Source: an uncultured bacterium (lineage in GTDB: Bacteria > Hydrothermota > UBA3072). Taken from it: DNA of 64,000 nucleotides. Where the stretch lies: NCBI GenBank assembly GCA_964534175.1, contig CAZHNS010000008.1, positions 8,779-72,778 on the forward strand, written 5' to 3'. This document shows positions 29,915 to 39,320 of the stretch, one piece after another. The notes beneath the pieces were generated by a model. It had not been told where the DNA came from and did not search any database. It saw only the letters and a program-made list of their open reading frames with translations. The first letter of the stretch is position 1. Each line of letters begins with the position of its first letter. The position numbers and the translations under genes were made by a program.

Positions 29915-32617
29915 ATGTCTTTTCTGTTTTTTATGATGATATCATGGAGTTCGATAAGTGACGAAAATTTTACGGTAATATACCCCGACGAATCTTATAC
30001 GGACTGTGCGCTTCAGCAACTTTCCATACTGGAAAATTACAGGGAAAGTGTTATAGAATTTACTCACAATGATCCTGGGAGAACCTTATTGTTTATAGAT
30101 GATCTTGGGGGTATGATAAATGGTGGGGCTATGCCTTCGGTAAACGGGATTGTTTTAAATTCATATATTCCACCGCCTGTCCCCAGATACGGTAGCTTTC
30201 CTTCCTGGTGGAGAATAGCACCTCTTCATGAATATACTCATATTGCAAATATGACAAGTACAGGAGGATTGCCTAAATTGTTTAGAGGCTTATTCGGTAA
30301 GAATTTTCAGCCTAATTTATATGTACCCTTGTGGGTAGCTGAGTCTTATACGGTTTATTTTGAGAGTAAACAATTTCCGTTCGAAGGTAGATTAAATGAA
30401 GGTTTTTTTGATGCATATGGTATGGCCTGTGCTAGAGATAGCAATTTTCCGAGTATGCATGATTTTACTTATGATTTTTATAAATTTCCTTTTGGAGATG
30501 CTTTTTATATGTGGGGTGGTTTTATGGCAAGATATAGAGCGAAAAAGTATGGAGAAGCCAGAGTATCCGATTGGGCTGACAGATATGGAAAATCCATACC
30601 TTTAATAAGCTTCGAGTATACTCATAAATCTGCGTATGGTAAATTTTCTTTTAACCTTTATGATGAAGTGAAAAACGAATTTCAGAATAATCTTACGGAA
30701 TGTAATTTCTATCAGAAATCGGAAGTTCTATATTCGGGTAAAGAATACCTGGATTTTCTTACACATGATGGGAGATATCTGTATTTTAAAACAGGGAAAA
30801 TAATAAAATCTTCAGTATATGGAGGCGTCTCTTATTCTGAAATAGTCCAATTGGACCCTGAAACGGGAAAGTCTAAAATAATTTTAAAAGATCCCGTTCT
30901 TTCTGCAATACCTATGCGAGTAAAAAATGGTAAAATTTTTTATGGGAAGCTTGATGTTTTAAAAACCAGCGGGAATCTGGTTGGGACTAAGTTAAAAAAT
31001 GATATATACAGTCTCGATTTAAATACTTTGCGGAGAAAGAGAATTTATTCTGACGATGGAACATTAAGGGCTTTTGATATTTTAGAAGATGGCAAAATTA
31101 TTATTGGTAGACAAAAGGGCTGGAAGGGAGGTGTTATCGAGGTAATAGATAAGGAAAAAAGAGATGTTATATTCTCTTCTGATTTTGATACGCCGTTCGA
31201 TATTGTGGTCGGAGAAGATAAAACAGCAGTACTTATGCATAATGAAGATAAGGGCAACAGGATTTTCTTATCAGAAGGTAATACAGTCGAAATCGAGGAA
31301 CCTTACGCGAAATGCGGGCTTAATTTCGTAGGAGAAGACCTTTTGTTTTCATCTAACAGGCGTGGATTCTGGCAGGCCTATATGTGGAAAGATTCCTCTT
31401 TATATAAGGTCACTGACGTCCCTTTTTGTACCTATCCTGTGGTGCTGAACGGTAAAATATATTTCATAGGGATGTCTTCCCAGGGACAAACTATCGAAAT
31501 GGTAAAAATGACAGAAGGGGAGAAAATAGAAAAATTACAAGATTTACCTGATCATGCCCTGCCTTCATACATAAATCTAGAATATAAAAAAGGAGGCTAT
31601 ATAAATAATTTCAGGCATCTTTTATGGGATCCTGTTTTTAGATGGCCAACATTTTACACTGAAAATGGCAGGACGAATTTCAGGCTTGACGTTTTGGGGA
31701 TGGATGCTTCGGGAAGTAGAAATCTATCCTGGTATTTGAATTATGAGGAACAAACTGGGTTTACCGGTTACGGTATGAAGTATTCGACATTTTTCTTAAG
31801 ACCTTCATTGGTTACGGTCGAAGCAGAAAAAGAGAGGGATAGGCGCTCAGCACTGGTTTATTTTTCATATCCTTTAAGGGTTTCATTGGCGAGTGGATTG
31901 CAAAATATTTATCTTGATTTTGCAGCCCATTATCACGATAGCCTTAATTCTGAGAGAGCGCCGCTAGTTTTTTCTCCGGTATTTACATTCGGAGATTATA
32001 ATAAGACATTTTTCCTTTCTCCTTCTTTAATATATGAATCCGAGGAAATAGGAAGTGATATTAACAGAAAAAGTTATAGACTCTATGGAGGAAGCAGTTT
32101 TTCATATCCGGGTTTTTCAATGCTCTTTTCGGGAATAGGTATATGGGATAAAGAGAATCCGGATTCCACTCTTTTAGAACCGATATGCGGAGAAGAAAAA
32201 AGGATGCGGTTGGGTGGAGCCGTTCAGTTTGAAATTGACTATCGGATTTTTACAATTGGGAAAGGAAATAATTTAATTCCGATTCATTTTAATGATCTCT
32301 GGTTCAGACCGTTTGCCCAGGTAATACATTCTCCGGATTGGGAAGAACCGATGACCACTGTAGGAGGACTTATTACTTTGGAAACTTCTGCTCTCTATAT
32401 ATTGAATTTAGAGCCGAGCATTGGTGTAGGATTCAGGGTTGACGAGAATAAGGCTTACTTTTTGTGGGGAGTTAGCGGAACTTTAGGAGATACCAGGATA
32501 GGAATTAGAGCAAGAATTCATCCTGAATTTCCCAGAAAAAGGAATATGTTCGATTTTAACCTCAGTAATTTTGAATTTTCTATCGAAAAAGCATTTCAGA
32601 CGCCGTGGAAGCTTTGA
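29915..32617 (+). CDS. Large hypothetical protein with N-terminal HEXXH zinc-metallopeptidase-like motif and beta-rich C-terminal two-thirds
   Basis: The ORF track start is 29903; GGGAGGA precedes ATG at 29915. APLHEYTHIANMT matches HExxH preceded by aromatic-rich PSWWRI. The middle region resembles beta-propeller (TolB-like) repeats. C-terminal region has alternating hydrophobic strands and ends AFQTPWKL. Confidence 0.4.
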   Translation: MSFLFFMMISWSSISDENFTVIYPDESYTDCALQQLSILENYRESVIEFTHNDPGRTLLFIDDLGGMINGGAMPSVNGIVLNSYIPPPVPRYGSFPSWWRIAPLHEYTHIANMTSTGGLPKLFRGLFGKNFQPNLYVPLWVAESYTVYFESKQFPFEGRLNEGFFDAYGMACARDSNFPSMHDFTYDFYKFPFGDAFYMWGGFMARYRAKKYGEARVSDWADRYGKSIPLISFEYTHKSAYGKFSFNLYDEVKNEFQNNLTECNFYQKSEVLYSGKEYLDFLTHDGRYLYFKTGKIIKSSVYGGVSYSEIVQLDPETGKSKIILKDPVLSAIPMRVKNGKIFYGKLDVLKTSGNLVGTKLKNDIYSLDLNTLRRKRIYSDDGTLRAFDILEDGKIIIGRQKGWKGGVIEVIDKEKRDVIFSSDFDTPFDIVVGEDKTAVLMHNEDKGNRIFLSEGNTVEIEEPYAKCGLNFVGEDLLFSSNRRGFWQAYMWKDSSLYKVTDVPFCTYPVVLNGKIYFIGMSSQGQTIEMVKMTEGEKIEKLQDLPDHALPSYINLEYKKGGYINNFRHLLWDPVFRWPTFYTENGRTNFRLDVLGMDASGSRNLSWYLNYEEQTGFTGYGMKYSTFFLRPSLVTVEAEKERDRRSALVYFSYPLRVSLASGLQNIYLDFAAHYHDSLNSERAPLVFSPVFTFGDYNKTFFLSPSLIYESEEIGSDINRKSYRLYGGSSFSYPGFSMLFSGIGIWDKENPDSTLLEPICGEEKRMRLGGAVQFEIDYRIFTIGKGNNLIPIHFNDLWFRPFAQVIHSPDWEEPMTTVGGLITLETSALYILNLEPSIGVGFRVDENKAYFLWGVSGTLGDTRIGIRARIHPEFPRKRNMFDFNLSNFEFSIEKAFQTPWKL

Positions 32618-32648
32618 TCGATTATATAAAAATAAAAAGTCTTTAGTG

Positions 32649-33167
32649 TTATTTCTTAAATCTTCCGTCATCTTTTGATGAGGGAAGTTTATGGATGTTT
32701 TCCTCAAGCCATCCTATTTTGGTATTTTCTCGCATATCAAAATCAGGTACGTAGGGCTTAATGTCCAGAAGAGGTGTTCCATCTGCTATATCTACATCCT
32801 GGATGCGAAGTGTTTCTCCTTCGATACCAACAAGACGTACCACAGAGAGGCCGATTGGATTGGGTCTGCTTGGAGCTCGTGTTGCAAATAATCCACGGGT
32901 TTTGTCATCCATATAAGGTGTTACTCTCAATCTTGAGTTTTTTGAGAGATGAAAGTGGAATATTAAAATAATGTGAGAGAACCCTTCCACATCTTTTAAT
33001 CCTTCAGTATATTCCGGAAATATCTCCACTGTTCCTTTGATGCCTTTAGCAGCGGTGGGTTGTATGGGTATTCCCTGTAGCTTTTTGAAGGGAGAATGAA
33101 TGATTCCTATTGGTTTATATTTTATTTCATCCGTCATAAATTTTTTTAATAATATATACAGTTCCAA
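32649..33167 (-). CDS. tsaA: tRNA (adenine37-N6)-methyltransferase TrmO/TsaA (YaeB-like)
   Basis: KPIGIIHSPF, GFSHIILIFHFH, RAPSRPNPIGLSVVRLVGIEG, IADGTPLLDIKPY: classic TsaA/YaeB signature. Confidence 0.85.
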   Translation of the reverse strand: MELYILLKKFMTDEIKYKPIGIIHSPFKKLQGIPIQPTAAKGIKGTVEIFPEYTEGLKDVEGFSHIILIFHFHLSKNSRLRVTPYMDDKTRGLFATRAPSRPNPIGLSVVRLVGIEGETLRIQDVDIADGTPLLDIKPYVPDFDMRENTKIGWLEENIHKLPSSKDDGRFKK

Positions 33168-33212
33168 ATAAGGTTTGCAATACTGCTGGTAAAGATATGG
33201 GAAAAGTATTAT

Positions 33213-34535
33213 TTAAAATAATCCGGTATAGATATTATTATTGGCAGCTTCTCTTAGAGTAGCGCGGGATGCTTTTCTCATCACGAAGTTAACCGGAATG
33301 TATAATAATGAAGATTTTCTTAAATGAAAAGTTCTTTTAGCAATCGAACGTAATGAGGAAAGCTGTTTTCGTGACCAGTAATAACCTTCCTGAAGTTCTT
33401 CAACAGTTAATAATTTAGGCTGGAAGACAACCTCTCCCACGGTATATTTTGACCAATCACGACTTATTATTCTTCCTTCTTTTTCCATTTTCTCGTTAAG
33501 ACGTGTTCCCGGAAGTGGTGTAAGTATTGCAAGGCTTGCCAATTCTATTTGGTTTCTATCGATAAAGGATACGGTCTCTTCAAAAACACTTTTGCCATCC
33601 GAATCGAAGCCGAAAATAAAAGCTCCTATAATAGCTATGCCGTGGTCGTGGATTATTTTTATTGATTCTTTGTAATCTTCAACTTTGTTCATACTTTTTC
33701 CAACTTCTTTTAAACTGCTTGGAGATACAGATTCGATACCAATAAAAAGAGATATGCACCCACTTCTCGCGGCAAGTCTTAACAGTTCTCTATTTTTAGC
33801 TATGACAAGAGATGCCTGTCCAAACCATTTAATATTCAGAGGAATTAAAGCTTTAAATAATTCTTTGGCATATTTAGGATTTCCCGCGATATTATCATCG
33901 ACAAAAAATATGATAGTTCGTCTACTTACGGTTTTTATCTCTCTTACAATGTCTTCGATAGATCTTGTTCGGTAGGTTTGTCCGAAGAAATGAGTAACAG
34001 TGCAGAAATCGCAGTTAAAAGGACACCCCCGGGTTGTCTGTATCAGATGCATTTCTTTGTAGTATTTGTTCTTTTTTTCATATAAGTCTGTTCTGGGTAA
34101 GGGGATTTTTTTTAGGTCCGGTCTTTTTTTCGAAGAATAAAACTTTTTTAGTTTTCCGTTCTTGAAATCCTTTACGAGGGGTTTTATCTGTCCTTCCGCT
34201 TCTCCCATTACGATAGAGTCGGCATGTTTTATGGCTTCAAGAGGCAGTACCGAAGCATGCATCCCTCCCATTATGACAGGAACGCCTTTTTCTCTGAATT
34301 TATCTGCAATTTCATAAGCTCTGGGTACTGTCGAAGTAATCGAAGTTATTCCAACCAGGTCTACTTTTTCAGCATAATCGATTTCTTCGATACTGTCATT
34401 TATTATCTCGATCTTGGTACCGCGGGGAAACAGAGCCGCAACGGTTGCAAGACTTAAACGCGAAAAATTTATTGCCTTTTCTCTTTTGCTAACAAATTGT
34501 ACTGGGGACCGGGGTGAGATTAATTTAACAAACAT
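33213..34535 (-). CDS. B12-binding domain-containing radical SAM protein
   Basis: N-terminal cobalamin-binding Rossmann segment (VGITSITSTVPRAYEIADKFREKGVPVIMGGMHAS) followed by radical-SAM CxxxCxxC (TTRGCPFNCDFCTV). Confidence 0.85.
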   Translation of the reverse strand: MFVKLISPRSPVQFVSKREKAINFSRLSLATVAALFPRGTKIEIINDSIEEIDYAEKVDLVGITSITSTVPRAYEIADKFREKGVPVIMGGMHASVLPLEAIKHADSIVMGEAEGQIKPLVKDFKNGKLKKFYSSKKRPDLKKIPLPRTDLYEKKNKYYKEMHLIQTTRGCPFNCDFCTVTHFFGQTYRTRSIEDIVREIKTVSRRTIIFFVDDNIAGNPKYAKELFKALIPLNIKWFGQASLVIAKNRELLRLAARSGCISLFIGIESVSPSSLKEVGKSMNKVEDYKESIKIIHDHGIAIIGAFIFGFDSDGKSVFEETVSFIDRNQIELASLAILTPLPGTRLNEKMEKEGRIISRDWSKYTVGEVVFQPKLLTVEELQEGYYWSRKQLSSLRSIAKRTFHLRKSSLLYIPVNFVMRKASRATLREAANNNIYTGLF

Positions 34536-34859
34536 TCTTAACTCCTTTCATTTATCCCTCTTAAGATGTACACAGACATAGGGAACTTCCCCAAATTTCT
34601 TTTACATGTGATTATCATATAATCTTAGACGAATGTGTTTACTTAAGTATAACATAAAACACATAAAAGTAAAGGGAATAGAAAGACTCTTTGTTCGAAC
34701 TTAATTAAGTGTTTTTCTGTTATGGGTTTTTCGGTTAAAAATTATTATCTCCACAAAAATATAGTTATCAATATTTGATTGGGGGCAATAATTATGTACA
34801 TCAAATTTTTTAGCACCGTCCCCTTAGATATCAAAACTCTTTTTTCGACGATTGCTCCT

Positions 34860-35162
34860 TTACCACCGGGAGTGGCCGCCGCGAGAAGATCTACTCCTTT
34901 TGCCACCTCTGGAACCTTCCTGGCGTGGTCTGGCTTCATTGACGACAATTTCTCTGCCTTTTAGTTCTTTGCCGTTTAGACCACTAATTGCAGCTTCTGC
35001 TTCCGCTTTCTCGGGCATTTCTACAAAGCCGAATCCTCTGGATCTACCTGTAAACTTATCTGTAATTATCTTAACGCTGGATACCTTCCCATGAGCTTCA
35101 AAGGCTGTTTTAAGCTCTTCATCTGATAGATCCCACGATATATTTCCTACGTATATATTCAT
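34860..35162 (-). CDS. RRM-type RNA-binding protein with Gly/Arg-rich tail
   Basis: RNP-2 IYVGNI, RNP-1 RGFGFVEM. C-terminal RQEGSRGGKRSRSSRGGHSRW. Confidence 0.85.
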   Translation of the reverse strand: MNIYVGNISWDLSDEELKTAFEAHGKVSSVKIITDKFTGRSRGFGFVEMPEKAEAEAAISGLNGKELKGREIVVNEARPRQEGSRGGKRSRSSRGGHSRW

Positions 35163-35452
35163 TTTACCTCCTTTTAGGTTTAGAATATTTACATAATTTT
35201 GAAAATGTAATTGAGTTCGAATACTATTGTAGAATGTAAGTATTACGGACTATAACCGGCAAAACCATAAGGGAAACAAAAGGAAACAACCACAGATAGA
35301 ATCCTAAAGATCTTGAAGGTTTCTAACTACATTTTCTTTGAGACAAGATATGCGTTTCTTGGGATAAGTCAAGGTTAAATCTTGAGATTAAATCCTCTTG
35401 ACATTTAATGAAAAACAAGTACTTTTTTCGTAATCGAGTCTAAGGGGGTTTT

Positions 35453-38400
35453 ATGCAAAGTCCAAAAAATTTTTTTATACTCTTTACTTCTTTTGTTTTT
35501 TTGCCGCTTTGTACCTTTGCTCAAGTTAATGTCAAGATTCACAGACCGCCTCCAAATCAATTAAAAATAGAGGATCTTTGGTGGGTAGACCTGACTAATT
35601 CTGTAAGGGATCCGGCAAGGGCAAACACTTATAATGTTTATCTTTATGGCGAAATAAGCAGAGGAAACAAACTAATTTTTCGGGGTAGCACAAACAGTTT
35701 TAAGCTACCTCCCGGCACTAAAAGGGTACGTGCGCGTGATATAAAAAGTGTGCACGACACCTGGTACAGCCCGGAGTACGAAGAATATCTCGTGCGTATT
35801 GGTAGTGTTCCGGCAGGTGACTATAACGTATGTGTTTCTGTTAAAGATTCAAAGACGAATAAGGAGCTGGCAAGACAATGTATAAAAGTTTCAGTTGAAT
35901 TGGCGAATGCTCCCAGACTAATTTCTCCTAAAGGAGATTTGAAGGCTAAGATAAAAAGGCCTATTTTTACCTGGACAAGACCTTCTCCTGTTCCTGCCAA
36001 TATGAAAATTAGTTATAAAGTTAAAATTGTGGAGGTTTTTGAGGGGCAAACCAAAGAAGAAGCTATTAGATCAAATATACCTGTTTATGAGCAGGATGGC
36101 ATTAAAAGTACTTCTTTACAATATCCAATTAAAGCAAAAGCTCTTGATATGGATAAAAATTATGCATGGCAGGTACAGGCTATTGATGAAGTTGGTATGC
36201 CTTTTGGCGAGCGGCAGGGTATGAGTGAAATATGGCAGTTTAATCCGCGAGATATATATAGAGATGATATAGTTAGATTGCCGCTTCCCGGGGTTTTGAA
36301 GATAGGTGATTTTGTTTTGAAGAATATTACTTATAGTACAGGGTCGAATATGGATTCCCTTTCAGGTCACGCGGAGTCGTTTTTCCTTCAGAAAAACATA
36401 CCTACTCATTTTGGCGGCCCGATGTTTACATGGACTGAGGTAAATTTCTCATTAGATTTCAATAATTTAAAAGCAGAGTGGGCAACAGGTGATACGGCAG
36501 AGGTGACCGTGGGTGAAATTACCGAAGATTTCTCCACTCCTTTAGAGATTAATGTGGAGGGCTATCCTGTCTCAGTGTACGATGTACATATGTGGGTGGA
36601 TTCTGCAATTTCAGAACTTGCTGTTAAAGTTACCTGTCTTTGTGATACACTTAGTTGTGAAGCGCTCGCACTTGAACCTTTTACCTCAAGGGTTTCTCCT
36701 AAAATAGATTTATACAGAGAGTTTCCTGTTGAAGAGAGGGGACCCTTTGTCCTCGGAGAAACCGGTATTTTAATTAAATCGACTGATAAAGTGATAGTGG
36801 ACTTGAGCAGAACGATTACCCCGGCTGATGTTGGAATTTCCTTTAATCAGGGAGAAACAATAGAACAACCGGATATGCAGAATTCTAATACCGGTTTTCT
36901 TTACGGAAGATATACATTTACAAACGGAAAATTGAATTCGAGCGGTTTCAGTGCAACATTCCAGCTTGCTTCACCTTTTAACTTTTCTTCGATTAGCCCA
37001 ATGGGTTTTGATGTTTCTTTAGCTTCAGGTTATCTTGAAATTGATAGTTGTAAGGTAAAGGGAGGTATATTCACCAATGGTTCTATTCAGATTCGAAAAG
37101 GAGAAAGAGGTGTTTATAAAGCCGATGGTGGTCAAATTTCTGTTGATTATGATTCGCTTTTTGTTGATTCGAAGTTGAATATTTATGGTGATGTGATTAA
37201 CAAAAGTGATGAGATGAGGTGGGGTGGGTTTGGGATTACCTGGAATGATGGACAGTTCAGGTTGAAAGGAGGCCCTGCTAGATTTGTCTCACCTGTTAAA
37301 GGAGACACATTTAAGGTTTATGCGCCTATAATGCTTGATTCTCTTTCCGGGCTAACAATTAAATATGATAAAGATCATTATATTTTCAGTATTTATTCTA
37401 TAGATACGGAAGACTCGATTCAAATTTCAGGTGGGGCTCTGATAGGATATTTTAATGTTCAGGCTTTTGGAATCTCCGGTATACTGCGTCCATTTAGTCA
37501 ATCAAGACCAAGAGACAGTGTTATGTTGGGGGATAAAAATTCATCCCAGTATGAGGGTAAAGAGCCGTTTATTACCTATATAGGATGGCTTTTAAAAGAG
37601 CCGGATGTAGATAGTTCTCTGAACATTGAGTTTACATTCGCAGGGAACTCCGCATTTGATTCGGACATAGGAGGTCAGTTTAAGATTCCAATGGAGTGTG
37701 TTTTTTATTCGGATAAAGACACTTGCAAAATTATGCCTCCATTTAGCGGTATGGAGGTTACTTCAACAGCAAGTTTTGTTGGAGGGAATGTTGCTTTTAG
37801 CGATACACTCCAATTGCCTTATTGGGGAGTAGGTATTACTTCAAAGCGAGGTGTCATTAGTGTTAAACTTGGTGAGATCGTTTACACTAATGCGGATATT
37901 TACGAACCTGTTCATTTTTCTAAGGGGTTTAATATTATCTGGGGTGAAATGCTTGCCAATGGTAGTCTCGGAGAGTTCTACTTTAACCATAATGCTGCTC
38001 ATCAGAAGTTCGACGGATTTCCAATTACTCTCGATTCGGCTGCTCTAAGCGCGTACGATTCTAATAAGCCCGGGGAACTTGTCGTAAGAAGCAACGTTCA
38101 CTTTAGTTTCTTCGGAGAAACAGATACACTCATTACAGTACACGATGCAATATATGACAAAGTTCTTGAACCTTATTTTGGTAGATTGGTTTCTATTGAC
38201 CCTTATTCTTTTGCTCTGTATAGAGAATGGGGTTCCGATATGTCTATTATGGATTTCCCTGAAGTTATGTATGATTCACTAGCGCAGAATGGTTTTAAGG
38301 GAACAGGGCTGGTAGATATTGAGTTTATGCCAGATGCTCATCTTCCTGCGACCATAAGGATAGATAGCATGTCTTCGAGTATATGTATGACTGATAACAA

Positions 38401-39307
38401 TGTTCACGATCTGTTTTTTGGTGTAGGAAATTTTAGTTCGGTTGAGAGGACCTGGGGTTGTATTTACATTGAGGGCGATGAGCTTAAGCGAATGGTAACA
38501 GGCGGAGCCCTGTATGCCGGAGCTAGTGCCGTGAGTTTGGTTCCTGCTCAAGGTGGCGGAGGGGTAGAATGGAAAACTGTGGTTACTCCTACAATGACTC
38601 AATTTACATGTCATGGTCTAATGTATATAGATATTGGTTTGGCACACGCGGAGGTAAACGGCAGAATTCGCCTTACTCATGATAGGAGCATACCGGCTCT
38701 TGATGGTGAGGTTTATGGTCATTTTAATATGTCGGATGTTCTTGTGGGAGGAATGGAAGCAGAAGGACAGGTCACCTGGCATTTCGGCAGTGATTACTTT
38801 ATGCTTCAGGGGAGAGTTTCTGTAGATATTTATTCGTGGCTCGGAGGGGCTGGAATGGAAGGAGGCTTGTTTATAGGTAAAGATGCCCCGAGCAGTCAAG
38901 CCTGGGTTCTTTTGGATGAAGATGGGCGATTTGGTATAAATATAGAGAAACTTCCCGAAACACTTACCGGGGTTTATGGATATGGTGAATTCAAATGGAG
39001 TAAGAAATTCTTAGGGGGTGTGCTTGAGGCTGAGATAGTCATACATGTTGGGCTTGGTCTATTCGTGCAGATTAATGGACCCGCTATGATGGGTAATTGC
39101 GGAATTTATATACGCGGTGAGATTCTATGGGGACTTGTTTCTGCTTCGGTCTTAGCAAATTTACAATTCTTTGCCGCAGTGCCGCCAGATCCCTCATATT
39201 TCGAAGGGACTATAAAACTCAGAGGTTGTGTAGCCTATATTTTCTGCGCGAGTGTTAAGCTTACTGCCGGTCTAAGTACAGAAGATGGATTCTATATTGA
39301 ATATTAA
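35453..39307 (+). CDS. Giant (1284 aa) secreted hypothetical protein, first gene of a four-gene operon of secreted proteins
   Basis: Signal peptide MQSPKNFFILFTSFVFLPLCTFAQV. No recognisable catalytic motifs. The C-terminal ~300 aa are Gly/aromatic-rich with alternating hydrophobicity and end in aromatic residues (FYIEY), suggesting possible beta-barrel or beta-solenoid character. Confidence 0.5.
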   Translation: MQSPKNFFILFTSFVFLPLCTFAQVNVKIHRPPPNQLKIEDLWWVDLTNSVRDPARANTYNVYLYGEISRGNKLIFRGSTNSFKLPPGTKRVRARDIKSVHDTWYSPEYEEYLVRIGSVPAGDYNVCVSVKDSKTNKELARQCIKVSVELANAPRLISPKGDLKAKIKRPIFTWTRPSPVPANMKISYKVKIVEVFEGQTKEEAIRSNIPVYEQDGIKSTSLQYPIKAKALDMDKNYAWQVQAIDEVGMPFGERQGMSEIWQFNPRDIYRDDIVRLPLPGVLKIGDFVLKNITYSTGSNMDSLSGHAESFFLQKNIPTHFGGPMFTWTEVNFSLDFNNLKAEWATGDTAEVTVGEITEDFSTPLEINVEGYPVSVYDVHMWVDSAISELAVKVTCLCDTLSCEALALEPFTSRVSPKIDLYREFPVEERGPFVLGETGILIKSTDKVIVDLSRTITPADVGISFNQGETIEQPDMQNSNTGFLYGRYTFTNGKLNSSGFSATFQLASPFNFSSISPMGFDVSLASGYLEIDSCKVKGGIFTNGSIQIRKGERGVYKADGGQISVDYDSLFVDSKLNIYGDVINKSDEMRWGGFGITWNDGQFRLKGGPARFVSPVKGDTFKVYAPIMLDSLSGLTIKYDKDHYIFSIYSIDTEDSIQISGGALIGYFNVQAFGISGILRPFSQSRPRDSVMLGDKNSSQYEGKEPFITYIGWLLKEPDVDSSLNIEFTFAGNSAFDSDIGGQFKIPMECVFYSDKDTCKIMPPFSGMEVTSTASFVGGNVAFSDTLQLPYWGVGITSKRGVISVKLGEIVYTNADIYEPVHFSKGFNIIWGEMLANGSLGEFYFNHNAAHQKFDGFPITLDSAALSAYDSNKPGELVVRSNVHFSFFGETDTLITVHDAIYDKVLEPYFGRLVSIDPYSFALYREWGSDMSIMDFPEVMYDSLAQNGFKGTGLVDIEFMPDAHLPATIRIDSMSSSICMTDNNVHDLFFGVGNFSSVERTWGCIYIEGDELKRMVTGGALYAGASAVSLVPAQGGGGVEWKTVVTPTMTQFTCHGLMYIDIGLAHAEVNGRIRLTHDRSIPALDGEVYGHFNMSDVLVGGMEAEGQVTWHFGSDYFMLQGRVSVDIYSWLGGAGMEGGLFIGKDAPSSQAWVLLDEDGRFGINIEKLPETLTGVYGYGEFKWSKKFLGGVLEAEIVIHVGLGLFVQINGPAMMGNCGIYIRGEILWGLVSASVLANLQFFAAVPPDPSYFEGTIKLRGCVAYIFCASVKLTAGLSTEDGFYIEY

Positions 39308-39320
39308 AAAGGGGATAAAG

